Shown here: positions 14,501 through 27,929 of the stretch, piece after piece | How positions within the stretch are numbered: position 1 is the stretch's first letter | Layout of the letters: the number at the start of each line of letters is the position of its first letter | NCBI RefSeq assembly: GCF_009914755.1 | Contig: NC_060927.1 | Reading direction: 5' to 3' (one strand) | DNA: 64,000 nt | Source of the DNA: the human T2T-CHM13v2.0 reference genome, Homo sapiens | Program-made: the position numbers and the translations under genes | The notes under the pieces: generated by a model | Database searches by the model: none | Told to the model about the DNA's origin: nothing | Seen by the model: only the letters and a program-made list of their open reading frames with translations

Positions 14501-14929
14501 CTCCTTTCCAGGAGTTCTTGCCTCAGACAGAGCTCGTGCACTGTTCACTCTAGCTGGTGTTCCTCTGACCAGTCAGTAGCAAATGCATGCTCTGCCTTCA
14601 GCCACAGAAGTCCGCAAGCAGTAGTGTTCTTTGTGTTGTTTCCTCTTAAAACGTCATCTACTTAAACAGGTTGTGAATCTGTCTTAAGGATAGACAAATA
14701 ATTTAATGGCAGAGGTGTAGGGTGATGATTCAAATTCAGTGACATAAACCAAGCGCTGGGCCAACTCTGACCTTTTTTTTTTTTTTTTTTTAATCCCTTT
14801 GAATCATCTTGTGCTGCATTCTGATGAAATCTTGACATACCACCCTGAAGGAAGTGCTGTGTGAAGAAGTGTGGGCTCATAAGATAGGACCAGGGGAAGA
14901 GAGGGGCCACTGAAGGCTAACTTTGAGTG

Positions 14930-15075
14930 TTTGGAAAACAACACTGGTTTAGGAGCTGGAGGACTTGAGTCCCAGTCTTTGGTTTGTCCCTGACTAGCAG
15001 TGTGACCTCCAATAACGCTCTTGACCTGTCTGGGCCTTTGCTGCTTCATCTGTGGCATGAACACGTTGGACTAGA
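14930..15075 (+). mobile_element. MIR3/MIR fragment
   Basis: ggaaaacaacactggtttaggagctggaggacttgagt...catctgtggcatg...ttggactaga. Confidence 0.65.
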
Positions 15076-17490
15076 AAGTGAAACACAGCAAAACTTTTAT
15101 TGAGTGTCTACTCCATTCAAGGCCTGTGCTAGGCATGATTTATAGTACGGTTGTAGTTACAGTCTCTTCACTGTCTCAGATTCCCTCACGTCCCTGATAA
15201 ACTTTAATTTCTCTTTTAGGAAAGATTCGGCCTGACATTTTATTTTTATTCTTACATCTTAGTTTTAAGAAGCACATAGATTTATCACTTACATTTACTC
15301 ATATGAATAAATAACATATGTATTTATTAAAGCCACTTAGCAAAGGAATTAAAACTTTCTTCTAAACTTACCATTCATGGAAAGCTGTAATATAAGCAAT
15401 GAAAAGACCGTTCTTCACATGTGTCTTGTGTTACTGCTCCTGGGCCTCCTACTTCCATTTCCCTCTAGATGACATGGATTTGTCCCCCTTAATTGTATCC
15501 AGGCCTCTATGGCTTCAAAGGACTTTAGCACATAGGGCGGTAGGGTGGCACGGTGACAATATGAAAGACTCTGTAATGTAACTTGGGTTCAAGTACTGGC
15601 TTTACCATTTATTACACGCTAATACCTTTGGAACTTAGTTACTTAAACTGTAGCATAATATCCACATCAAGAAAGGTGATCTGTTAGGAGTCTCGTAGGC
15701 ACATAAAAAGGTTGATTCCCAACCCCCTTCATATGCAGTTACACTGGGAATTTAAGTATTTACCCAGTCCGAGGAGTTCAACCTCAAATACATCAAAACC
15801 ACCCTTGCCCTTCCCTCCTCAGGACTTAGTGGGTGATAGGTGGAATATCAAACAGGACACCAGCCTGTTTCTTTGTGCGGAGGCCTTTGAGTATCATTCA
15901 GATTATTTTTTTTTCACTCTGTTAAATTCAAGTTACTTCTGCATCCACTTACGAAGCATAGCTACAGGATTGGCTCAGTCTAAGTACCGGCCTGTGAGTA
16001 AGCCATTCTACTTCTTATTTCTCATGTTGAATTTAATAATCAGACCCTCTCTTATTTGTCAGCACTTTGTCAGAGCTATGTAGGGTGAGGGAGTCTTTCC
16101 CCAGCTCAGCCCAGGTTTGTTTTTAGTACTGGATAAAGTTAATAAGACTTTATCTGACTGTAAGTGGAAAGACACAGCCAAGATTAAATTGCAATTGAGT
16201 TAAAACCGGTGGAATTGGATTTGGTTAATTGATTGTGTACTATGTCTCAGTCAGCATTCATCTTCAGTTTTTCACCTTTGTACTGCATTCAAACATCAAG
16301 TTTGGGTTGGTTATACATTTGGATTTCCTTTTCCACAATATTTTCTAGCAACATCATTCAAGAACTCGTAAAGTGAAAAGGGGTGTGCGTGTGTGTGAAA
16401 CTAGGACATTCTTGTCTTTTTAGTAAATACTCATTCCTTTATTTCTTATTGCTCTAATGGCATGTGACTTTAATTTGGTCTATTTAGCAACTGTTTAATT
16501 TCTGTCATGCAGAAAACAAATTTCAGCACCTTTTCCCGAAGCCCGTATGCCTCCTTATGAAATGTACAGGTAGTGATGAATGAACTCTTTGTCCTGTTTA
16601 TTGGAGTTGTGCCAGTGACCCTTTTCATTGGTCACTTCAGTTCGTTCAAGGTGACATGAAAGGCATTTTATTTGGGGGGATGTCTCAGTCAAGTCAGGAG
16701 TTTCATTTGGGGGCTAAATTTGAGGGCTAGTAACTAAATTGAAAAGCCACTAGCCCTCCAATTTTAATCTGAAATAACTAATGACCTTTTAATCTAAAGT
16801 AACTTCTTAGAAACCCACATTCTCTGTAAGTCAGAGAAACAAGTTTCCAGTAAGTGTTTGCATTAGACACTTGTTCCAATTCTCACCTAGTCTGGGAACC
16901 CCATTAAGAAGATCTGGGTTATTCTCCCTTCTCAGTAAAAACTGACTTCTTGAAATGGAAGGCCGATGTGTGTTCCCATGTTACCAAGGAGTCACTTTTC
17001 GGGAGGGGGGGACTTGTTTTTCTTCTTGGTCACAGAGTGCAAACAACACCAGGCCACTCTTGGTTGTCAAGTTAGCAGGAAAGAACTTAAGCCCTCTCCA
17101 TTTGTTAATTTTTATGAATTATTAGTTAACATGAAAATTGTAGTGTGTAAATGTTTACAAAGAAACTTCTAAATACCAATTTGCCCTATAATACATAGTT
17201 TAAATAAATATGATGCTTTTCTTTTTAAAAATAGACAAATGCACTGACAGGGGTATTTAGTAATCATTGTTTGCATTTTGTCACAGAATGTTTAAAATTG
17301 ACATTGCACATAATTTAGAGACTTAACCAGGGCGGTTTAAGCAGAGGGGCCTGAAGTTATTTTTCTGTGGCAAAAAATAAAAAGTAGGAAAGAACTTCTA
17401 AGCTTCTAAAATCCTGACAGCCTCATTGTAAATGAAGCATTAAAGTGCTTTGTTCATTTCTCACAAACATCAGCCCTTGAATTTGGAGGG

Positions 17491-17580
17491 CCCCTCCCTC
17501 CCTCCCTCTCTTCCTTTTTCCCTTCCTCCCTTCCTTCCTCCCTTCCTCCTTTCCCCTTTTCTTTCTTTTCTCTTTTTTTT
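17491..17580. repeat. Pyrimidine-only (CCTT/CT-rich) low-complexity tract
   Basis: about 90 nt of only C and T. Confidence 0.9.
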
Positions 17581-18655
17581 GAAACCTGGAACATTTTGGT
17601 ATCTCTGACCAGATGAATTTTTTCCCAAGTGCCTTAGGTGCTGTCTTCCATCTGAAAAGTGGGGCTGCCGTCCTCTTCTGGGGAATGGAACCAAAGTCTT
17701 GGGTTCTTCATCTTGGGTTTTCATCAGTAGCCTCTGGCCCTTTTTTCCTCCTAGACCTATAACTTGGAGTGCTGAGAAGTAAGAAATTGTCAGAATTAAC
17801 TGTCTCTTTCTCTTGGGCCATTTCTCTGCATATTCTCCCATGGAGGTGATTCTGACTCAGGAAATGCCCCCACATAGTCGGAACCTTTCGAGGGCAGAAA
17901 AGGGAGGAAAGAAAAGGACGTGGATATGTCTACTAACTGAAAAGCCAAGGGTGGTTTGTTCTTCCCTGCCGCCAAAAAACAAAACAAGATTTTCTTCTTG
18001 AGACAACCCTTCAATGCCTCTGTTTTCTTTAGAGGACTGTTTTGGCTAATGAAATCAATGTCTGCAGGATTTCCTGTGCTTTCAGTCTCTTTCTCTATAG
18101 TTTTAACATTCCCCTGTCATTATTAGCAAGTTGTCTGCTAACAGCTTGGCGCATGCCAGAAAGCTATTCTCGGTGGGGTTAATTTCTGGCTATTAAAAGT
18201 TCTCTGAGACCCCAGATCTCTCTGAGCAGGGCCATGTTGGGGATTTCCAGCACATGTGCTGTTTAGACTCAAGGGCCACAGCAAGCTTCCCCATCTCACA
18301 GCAGAAACACTGTAGGCACAGGTGACAGCAAATGGGCATTGACCAGTCCGCTGCCAGAGCGCTTGGTGACCGTCCAACCCACAGACGCGCTGCCATCTAC
18401 CTAACGGGGTCGTGACAGTGATTTTATTGCGTGCTTCATGAAAATCATGTAGTGCCTGGTCCATAATAAATGATTGCAGACTATTGTTATCCTCATGCCT
18501 GGGACATAATAAATATCCCTAAACTGTTACATGAAAAATAGAAATTCCCTGAGAGCATAATTAGGCCAGTTATCTCCAAGTTAGATTTCGTTCATGGGAC
18601 AAATGGCAGACTTTTCCAGCATGGGCTGAAAGAAGTAAAAAAAAGAAGAAACACT

Positions 18656-18918
18656 GAGAGGTAGGAGGACTGCTTGAAACTAGGGGTTTGAAACCAGCCT
18701 GGGCAACATAGTGAGATCCTGTCTCTACAAAAAATTAAAAAGTTAGCGAGGCATAGTGGTACACACATGTAGTCCCAGCTACTAGGGAGGCTAAGGCAGG
18801 AGGCTCATTCAAGCCCAAGCCCAGGAAGTAGAGGCTGCAGTGAGCTATGATCATGCTACTGTACTCCAGCTTGGGTGACAGAGGCAGACCCTGTCTTTAA
18901 AAAAAAAAAAAGAAAGAA
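18656..18918 (+). mobile_element. AluJ, 5'-truncated
   Basis: starts inside the left monomer; TSD aagaaacact at 18646-18655 and 18919-18928. Confidence 0.9.
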
Positions 18919-20103
18919 AAGAAACACTAACTTGTTGAAGATTGAGATGACTCCACTAGGAACAAAAATGGTTGGTGAAGAGGAAGAGGACTGAGAATAG
19001 AATAGTGCTGCCTGCCTTTGTGTTTACATCTCACATAGAGCTATCTTCCCCTCCCCACAGAGCAGATGTAGCTGAAGTGCTCATGTGTATGTATTTGAGG
19101 GGACAGCAACTTGGAAGAGAAGATACCAGCTGCGGCATCTCATAGTGGAGGTTTGGAGGCCAAGGCAGGGCTTCAGGGAAGTGCCTTTTCTGCAACATGT
19201 GTTTTGTTGCTCTTATTCTTGTCTTGGTCTGCTTGTAACAACAACAAAAAAGACCATCTGGAGTCTAGAAGGCAAAAATAATGGGAATGAAGAGATGGTG
19301 TTAGAATCATAGCAGTATCACCGTATTTATGGGATGAGTTATTCTACTGGCCCTCACTTTTGGTGCTGAGATTGAGATGTGAAATCATGAAGCGATTCAG
19401 AAATGTGTCCTTATGAAAATACTGTCTTCTGATAGCTTCAGCATACAGGGTTTTTTATGAGAACAGATCTTTCTAATCTCTCAGCGTTGCCAAGAAGTGT
19501 CCATGCTTCTTATCTGGAGAGATTATTCCATGTTTTAATTATAAAGGGTTGAGTAGCTGTTTCAGGGCTGACGTTGGTTCTTGCTCATGAATCAAGGTCA
19601 CAACAGAGCTCACCCCTGGCCTTGGCCAGGGACTTAATGTTCATTCAGCAAACATCTGCCAAACCCTCACTATATTTACAGCATGTGTTAATTGTAGTGG
19701 GCTAGATACAGATAATACTCCATGTATATAGTACTTTTAACAGTTTCTAAAGGCTTATTCTCTTATTCACATGAAGAATCTGAAATCAGAGAAGTCGGCT
19801 TAAGTTATATAGCTGGTAAGTCAACAAGCAATAGCTGCAACCAGTCGTATCTTATTTTTTGACTACATCTCTGCTGTCTGAGGCAAGGTCCCTACTCTCA
19901 AATGAGTTAACTTTTAATAGAAAAGATAATTTGATTGACTCTAACGAACATTTATTACATATGCTCTGGAGGTTCCATGTGAAACAGGCTTGTCTTTAAT
20001 CTAGGTCTCAGGATAGCAGAAGTAATCCCATTTGTATTTTTATCTGTTTTGTTTAGGATGCTTATCACAGTTCTAATGCAGAAATTATTTGGATAATTCT
20101 GAT

Positions 20104-20951
20104 TGTGGAAAAAAACAAACTCAAAGTGCTTTTTCTAGTCTCTCACTCAACAGCAGTCAACACAGATTTCTGTGACAAACGGGGTGGGGGAAATTCTCCC
20201 CATCACCAAGCAAGCAATCAATTCTGCAGCAGACAACAGCTGGGTATCTTCTATTTTAATGTTTAACTGGTGATAGTATTAGATCCCACAGATTGGAGGC
20301 TCAGCCCCCAAGAATGCCCCACCTCCCACGTGACACACCAGTCTGGGCCTCTGGAACGTCTGACTGACTGGCTTTAAGTTTGGATTCCTATGACCACCTC
20401 TTTGGGTTGGATTAATTTGCTAGAGTGGCTCACACAACTCAGGGAAGCATGTTTACCCATTTATTATAAAGGATATTACAAAGGATACAGATAACCAGAG
20501 GAGGAGATACACAGGGTGAGGTCTGGAAGGGTCTTGAGTGTAGGAGCTTCTGTTCCTATGGAGTTGGGGCCCACTATCCTCCCAGTGGGTGGATGAGTTC
20601 TTGTTCACCATCTTGTCTGCCTCCACATGTTCAGTTATCTGAAGCTGGTCCTTTTGGGTTTTTATGGAAGCTTCATTATGTAAGCATGATTGATTAAATC
20701 ATTGGCCATTGGTGATCAACTTAACCTTCAGCCTCTCTTCCCTCTCCTCTTTCTGGGCTGAAAGCTGGACCCTCTAATCCTGCCTTGTTTTTTTCTGGTG
20801 ACCAGCTCCATCTAGAAGCTGCCTGGGGGCTGCCAGCTACCAGTCAACTCATTAGCATGCAAAAGACATCACTTTGGCATTTCTGAGGATTTTAGGGGTT
20901 GTATGCCAGGAAACAGGGTCAAAGACCAAATATATATTTCACAATGTGACA
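20104..20951 (-). mobile_element. MER21-family ERV solo LTR
   Basis: tgtggaaaaaaacaaactc...tttattataaaggatattacaaaggatacag...aaagaccaaatatatatttcacaatgtgaca. Confidence 0.85.
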
Positions 20952-21447
20952 GTAATGATTTATTTTATGCCTAACTCCGCTGCTAGATTGTGGGTAGGGA
21001 CTTTCTCGTTGACCCCAGCATCCCCAACACAAAGTGAAACATCTGTCAGAAAACAGATGTGTCTTTCATCACAAAAGCATGTTGAATGAGTGCACTATAA
21101 AGAATAGATGAGGTGCTGTTTTAAAGTGCCATGGGACCACAGATGAAGTTTATTGTGGTGGGAGGTGATGTCATGAGTAGAAAAACTTACGGAGAAGGCA
21201 TATTAAGCCGGGCAACAAAGGATGGGCGGGCATTAAACATGAATGGAGTGAGGGTTGGGATAGAGGGGTGGGACATTTTTCTACAGTGAATTACAGGACC
21301 AAAGACACAGATGGGCAGACTCCAGCTATGATTTTTTTGACAGATAGACAGGGTGTGTGAGGTTGAGGCTTAAGTGGTTTATTGGTACCAGATTTTGAAG
21401 TCTTTGATTGACTAAGACATTTGAAGTTTGTTCTTGCTATTGTTATT

Positions 21448-22056
<609 letters not shown>

Positions 22057-22084
22057 TTACTACTATTATTAATTTTAAAAAGAA

Positions 22085-22275
22085 CCTTTATTGGTATCTT
22101 ACTACACTAAATGTATTATGTTCATTACTTCATTTAGCAGTGAGGGCAATCCCATCTTATTGGTGAGGAAACAGGTTCAGAGAGTTTAAGTATCTTGCCC
22201 AAGGTAACAGTCACTGAGTGGCACAGTTAGTGATGAATTCTGTTCTCTTTGATAGGAATAGAGGCCCACTGATAC
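22085..22275 (-). mobile_element. MIR fragment
   Basis: gtgaggaaacaggttcagagagtttaagtatcttgcccaaggtaacag. Confidence 0.7.
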
Positions 22276-23239
22276 CTGTGAGCTTAGCAGTGTATCATTC
22301 TTTATTTTGTCAGAAATGAGTACAGTGTTTGGCACATCATAGGTGCTCCAGGTTTTAGAGAATACATTTTTTGCCGAGTCGCAGAAGGAATCAGTACTTT
22401 CCTTTAGGAAGATTAGTCTGGTAATTACGTGTATTGGCCTAGTTAGTAAATGTTTTTTGTGGGCATGAATCAATTGAATCCTTGTTTTTGATGCTGGCTA
22501 TGTGCCAGGCACTGGTGTAGGTGCTGGGGACCTACGGTGGTGAGCTCACTGGTGGGTTGGGCTGGAGAGAAAGGGGTCGTAGGGTGGCAGGCAGGCTGGT
22601 TGGGAAGGAGTGACAGTGTGGCTACAGGTTACATCAACCCCCTGAGAGAGAGCAGATGGGCAGAGACTGAGGACTGAGGTTTCAGTTAACCCGGTGGTAA
22701 CCTAGAATCATGATGGGGGCAGTGACTCGAAATATCTGTCTCACTGGTCATTGGGTGGAGGATGACAACCTGCCCCTGATTTTAAAACAGCAGTTTCTTG
22801 TCTTCCTGCTTGTGGGTGGATTAATTGGGTTACATATGTTTATGAATGATAGTGTAAATACATTTCTGATGACAATCTGGGGAAAAAAGCAAAAATGGCA
22901 ATAAAAGAACTGTTGCTCATATATCAATGGATAAGGCAATTATCTTCTCTAGGAGCACACAGCATTCATGTGTGGGGAATAGGGGTGAAGAAAGATTTCG
23001 TTACTGAGAGCATGATCTGGGGATGGAACTGTACCCGCGGAATGTGTTTCCATCTGTCATAGGCTGTGCTTTTGAAACAACACACCATGTTCCATAGGGC
23101 TTCTAATAAAGGATGAAGTGTTGGAGAATTCAGTGTTTTTATTTGTAGAAAGCACCAGAATCCCATAATCAAAGTCAGGGTATTTGGGGGATTGGAATCA
23201 ATTAGAGGCATTACTGAATCCAGTCATCCCTGCCTCTCC

Positions 23240-23345
23240 TGCTTTAAGGTGAGGAAACTACCTTAGGTGTTTCCTGAGTTAGGTGACTTAGCCAAGATTG
23301 TACAGGTAGTTATTACAGAGACAGGACTAGAAACTTGGTCTTCAG
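23240..23345 (-). mobile_element. MIR fragment
   Basis: ggtgaggaaact...gtgacttagccaagattgtacaggtagt. Confidence 0.6.
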
Positions 23346-23359
23346 AGGCAAGCGATTGC

Positions 23360-24100
23360 TTTTGGCAGTTTGGTGTGTATCTTTCCAGGATGTTTCCTAT
23401 TCATTTGAAGGCATATAGGCGTATATTAAAACATACATTTTTATGAATTTTCTTAAACCCGTAATTATTATTCTGCAATTTGGTTTTTTCACCTGACTCC
23501 TTTCTTAACCCATTTTTTGTTAATGTCAATAGCAAAATAATAAATAAACCATGGTATATCCAGGCAATGGAATATTACTCAGTGCTAAAAATAAGTGGGT
23601 TATGAAGCCATGAAAAGACATGGAGGAAACTTACTAATCTACAATCTAGTTTTTTTCAGCATTTGAGGATTATTCCATAGTATGGATGTGCCAGATTGTA
23701 ATCAGCCATTCTCTGAGTGATAAAAATTCAAACTATTTATTTTTTACCATCATGAGCAATACTACAATTTACTTAAAAAATTTATACAGCTCTTACTTTT
23801 GTGCCCCTTGCTATTCTAAATGCTGTACAAGTATTAACCAATTTAATCCTTGTTACTGCATAAGGAGGCTTGTCTGTCTTATAGATGAAGAAACTGAGGC
23901 AGGAAGAAATTAAACCATCTGCTTAACATCATATGGCTCGAAGTCAGGATTTGCACACAAGCACTTCAGCTCCAGGGTCTGTGCTCGTAGACACTGCGTC
24001 GTGCTGTGTTTTAGCAGTGAGATCCTTCACCTAGCTCTTCATTCACATGTGCAAATATTAACTATGTGATGGGTAGCATAGAAATAGAATTATCAAAGAA
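23360..24100 (-). mobile_element. Old L1ME-type fragments with an embedded MIR (about 23780-24010)
   Basis: tattccatagtatggatgtgccag...; gatgaagaaactgaggc MIR core. Confidence 0.5.
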
Positions 24101-24109
24101 ACATTTTTT

Positions 24110-24850
24110 CTAATTTAGTTAAAAAACTTTATTATTATTATTGTTAGGTTTGCAACAACATTGATAGGAAGGTACAGAGGTTTCTCATATGTCCCTTCCC
24201 CTACTCCACAGCCTCTCTCACTAGTAACATCCCCCATCAGGGTGCACAGCCTCTCTCTCTAGTAACACCCTCTATCAGGATGGTACATTTGTTACAATTG
24301 ATGAACCTACCTAGACCCATCAGTATCACCCAGAGACCATCATTTACGTTAAGGTTCATTCTCGAAGTCATACATTTTACAGATTTGGACAAATGTATAA
24401 TGGGATGTATCTATAGATCACTGAAGTATCGTACAGAATAGTTTCACTGCCCTAAGAATCTCTGTGCTCCTCCTATTTATTCTTCCCTCCCCCCAACCCC
24501 TGGCAACTACTGATTTTTTTTTTTTAATCTCCCTAGTTTTGCTTTTTCCAGAATGTGATAATGTTAGAATCTTCCACCAGGTAGCCTTTCCTGATTGGCT
24601 TCTTTCACTCAGTATGTGCATTTAAATTTCCTCCATGTCTTTTCATGGCTCTATAGCCCGTTTCTTTTCAGCGCTGAGTAATATTACATTGCCTGGATAT
24701 ACCACGATTTATATATTCATTCACTTACTGAAAGATATGTTGGTTGCTTCCAAGTTTTGGCAATTATGAATAAAGCTGCTATAAACATCCCTGTGCAGGT
24801 TTTTGTGTGGACTTATTTTTTCAGCTTCTTTGAGTAAATACCAAGGATCA
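24110..24850 (-). mobile_element. L1MC1-like 3' end
   Basis: ggtacatttgttacaattgatgaacctac...ttcctccatgtcttttcatggc...gctgctataaacatccctgtgcagg. Confidence 0.85.
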
Positions 24851-25118
24851 TCAGAGAAACTCTTCTGAGGAGAAATGGTCAAGCATTCAGGCACAAGATG
24901 GCTTTTGAGTGCTGATAATATTATCAGTGACTAGCCTTTACTTAACATGGTGCTGAATGTTTCATATGCAGTCTCTCATTTAGTCCTCACAACACCTAGT
25001 CAGATGGCAACTCTTTACAGAAAGGACAATGTAGTAAGATTTTTACAGCCCGATATCACCAATTTAGTGATTGACAATTGATGACTTGAGCCCAGAATCT
25101 CAACTCTTAATCACCGTG

Positions 25119-25484
25119 TGTATTAGTCTGTTCTCACGCTGCTAATAAAGACATACCCGAGACTGGGTAATTTATAAAGGAAAGAGGTTTAATTGAATCA
25201 CAGTTCCACATGACTGGGGAGGCTTCACAATCATGGCTGAAGGTGAAGAAGGAAATAAGACACATCTTACATGGTGGCAGGCAAGAGAGAGCAGGTGCAG
25301 GGGAACTCTCCTTTATAAAACCATCAGATCTTGTGAGACTTATTAACTATCATGAGAACAGCATGGGAAAGACCCGCCTCCATGAATCAATTACCTCCCG
25401 CCAGGTCCCTCCCATGACAAGTGGGAGTTATGGGAGCTACAATTCAAGATGAGATTTGGGTGGGGACACAGCCAAACCATATCA
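25119..25484 (-). mobile_element. THE1C-like MaLR solo LTR
   Basis: tgtattagtctgttctcacgctgctaataaagacatacccgag...ggggacacagccaaaccatatca; 5-bp TSD ccgtg/ctgtg. Confidence 0.95.
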
Positions 25485-26749
25485 CTGTGTCATTCACCAC
25501 CCCCCACTTTTTTTTGTTTTTGCTATGTTGACCAGGTTGGCCATGATAATTCCCTTTTGACTGTGTTCAGCTGGGCCTGCTTTTGATGAAATATTTTGGC
25601 TAAAGCTTTTGACAGACCTCTGAGTAGTAATCTGTGGCTTTCAAGCTTCAAGGATTATATATTTCTTTAGCACTTGGCATTGTTTGTAAACTAATTGTTT
25701 GAGGTTTCTTTTTCTTTCACATTATTTTTGCAGATTTTATACTTTTTTCCTATATCAAAGTTATAGTGTAGGGATATGACTCACAAGCCAGATGGGGGTA
25801 GGGGTGTTCCCAATTATTCTAAATGTAAATGTAATTAGAGTTTCATGTGGATGCATACCTCCTTTCTAAAAAAATATGGTTATTTTAGCGCTCACTATAA
25901 ATTCACTGGTATTCATAAATTTATGGTGAAACCCTCTAGTTATAAAGTGAGTTTTATTACATCCACATAAGCTGCTTTTTAAAACCTCCTCCTTCACTTT
26001 CTTTTCTCTTTCCTACAAGAACATCATTTGTCCCCTCAGAATAAGTTTAGTAAAGTGTTTGGACCATTCTCAAACCGGCCAACTTCTCAATTCAGTTTAA
26101 AAAATTGGAACGTATGCTTAAGAATAGATGTTCTGAGTTAGAATTTCTTCCATCATTTGACAGGTTTAACATATCTAAGATGTAGGGGGAGAATCTTAAT
26201 TGGACATACAGCTACCCAATAGAATGCCTGATATGATGAAGAGTTTGAAGAAAGTTAAGGACATACTAATGGCAAATAGTGCAAGGAAAAATAAAAGCAA
26301 TTAGAAACTCCAGGAAAAACTAAAACTGAGCTAAAATTGAAATGTATTCATATTACATTATTTGAGATGCATAGAAAAATATTTACATGGTTATAATATA
26401 AACACAATCAATTTATAGACAAATTACAAAGCTCGTGGTTATAAAACAGTAATGCTAATCAACCTCAATGATATGAAAGTAAAAATATAGACAATAGATG
26501 GTAAGGAATGGAAAGACGTGGAAAAGTGAAGAGGGCTCTAATGATATCAAAGTTGGGCAGTTAAGAGTTATTGTAGGTGATGCAACAGGAATTAAAGGGA
26601 CTACTTTTTTAAAAAATGAAAACATACATAGGCAAGGAAATAGCAGTTTAATCTTTTTAAAAGGAAAATAATGACTAGGAAATAAAAGAACTATGAATAT
26701 GTCTTCTCTGGAGAGGCATTTGGGAAAAGGAGCTCCTGGTGCAGGTACG

Positions 26750-27330
26750 AATCCAGAAAAATAGAGTGATACAGTGATCCCCCAAGAACCCACTAGCCTT
26801 AACAGTATTCCACATTTTACCATTTTTGTTTCATCTGTCTTTTTTCTTTTTTTTTTGCTGGTATCTTAAAAAATTCAAATACCATGCCATTTGACCCCGG
26901 ATACTTCCAAACGCATCTCAAGAAAAAGGACATCTACTTAGATAACCACAATACCATTATCATACCTAACAAAACTAACAATTCCTTATTACCATATTGA
27001 ATTTTGTTTGATTGAAAAAATACTTTTTAATTTTATTAGTAGTAGTATTATTTAGAGATGGGGTCTTGCTATGTTGCCTAGGCTGGTCTCAAACTCCTGG
27101 GTGCAAATGATCCTCCTGCCTTAGCCTCCTGAGTAGTTAACTACAGCATGTGCAACTGTGCCCACCTGAAAAAGTTGTTTTTTTTTTTAATAGTTAATAC
27201 ATTCAAGTCAGGTTCCAAACAAAGCCCCCTCTTGTGTATGGGTGTTATGTCTCTCTAGTCTCTTCTGAGTCTTTTAATCTTGAATAGTCCTCTTTTCCTT
27301 TTTATCATGCCATTGACTTACTGAATAATA
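26750..27330 (-). mobile_element. L1MC4/5-like 3' end, interrupted by an Alu monomer
   Basis: aaggacatctacttagataaccacaataccattatcatacctaacaaaactaacaattcctt. Confidence 0.6.
27030..27167 (-). mobile_element. FLAM Alu monomer
   Basis: agagatggggtcttgctatgttgcctaggctggtctcaaactcctggg. Confidence 0.85.
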
Positions 27331-27674
27331 TTTGATGTTAAAAATGTGTGCATGCATTAATTTGATTAAAAATTTTCAAGAAGTTTTAATTGGCTTTTAA
27401 AATTTTAATGGTTAAAAAGTATAGACAACTTTATATATTTTAAAAGTCTTATGTTCTCTGTAAGGGTATTTTTATAAAAACTTGTTTTTAATGACTAAAT
27501 TTAAACATCTCAAATGCAGGAACCTTTACATATCAGTTATTCTGGGCACAATTCTTTGCATGCCAAGATGAGTAAAAATGATTATTCTCCAGTATTTTTT
27601 AGTCTAATCAGAGAGGGCAGTTTGTGGACATGCCTGCCAAAGCATTTTGCCACATGGAAGTAATTACTTTTAAA

Positions 27675-27895
27675 GCTAATAGTTAATGGATTCCTTACTA
27701 GGAGCCAGCCATTTTATTAAGTGTTTTAAATTATTTTTATCCATACCACACACTGTGGGAGAATCCATATAATCCACACAAGGAACCTGAAGCCCAGGGA
27801 GATTAGGTAACTTTGTGTAGGGTCACTCAGCTAGTAAATGACAGCCAGTATAGGAACAAGGTCTTTCTAATACCCTTAATCACTAAACTGTATAG
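27675..27895 (-). mobile_element. MIR
   Basis: aggaacctgaagcccagggagattaggtaactttg...ggtcactcagctagtaaatg. Confidence 0.65.
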
Positions 27896-27929
27896 GGCCT
27901 CCCAATTTGACATGCTAGTCTCCCCTCCT

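Noticed and set aside
19592-19600. Perfect TCAAGGTCA (ERR/NR5A) motif
   Set aside because: An isolated 9-mer; a single occurrence in 64 kb is unremarkable.
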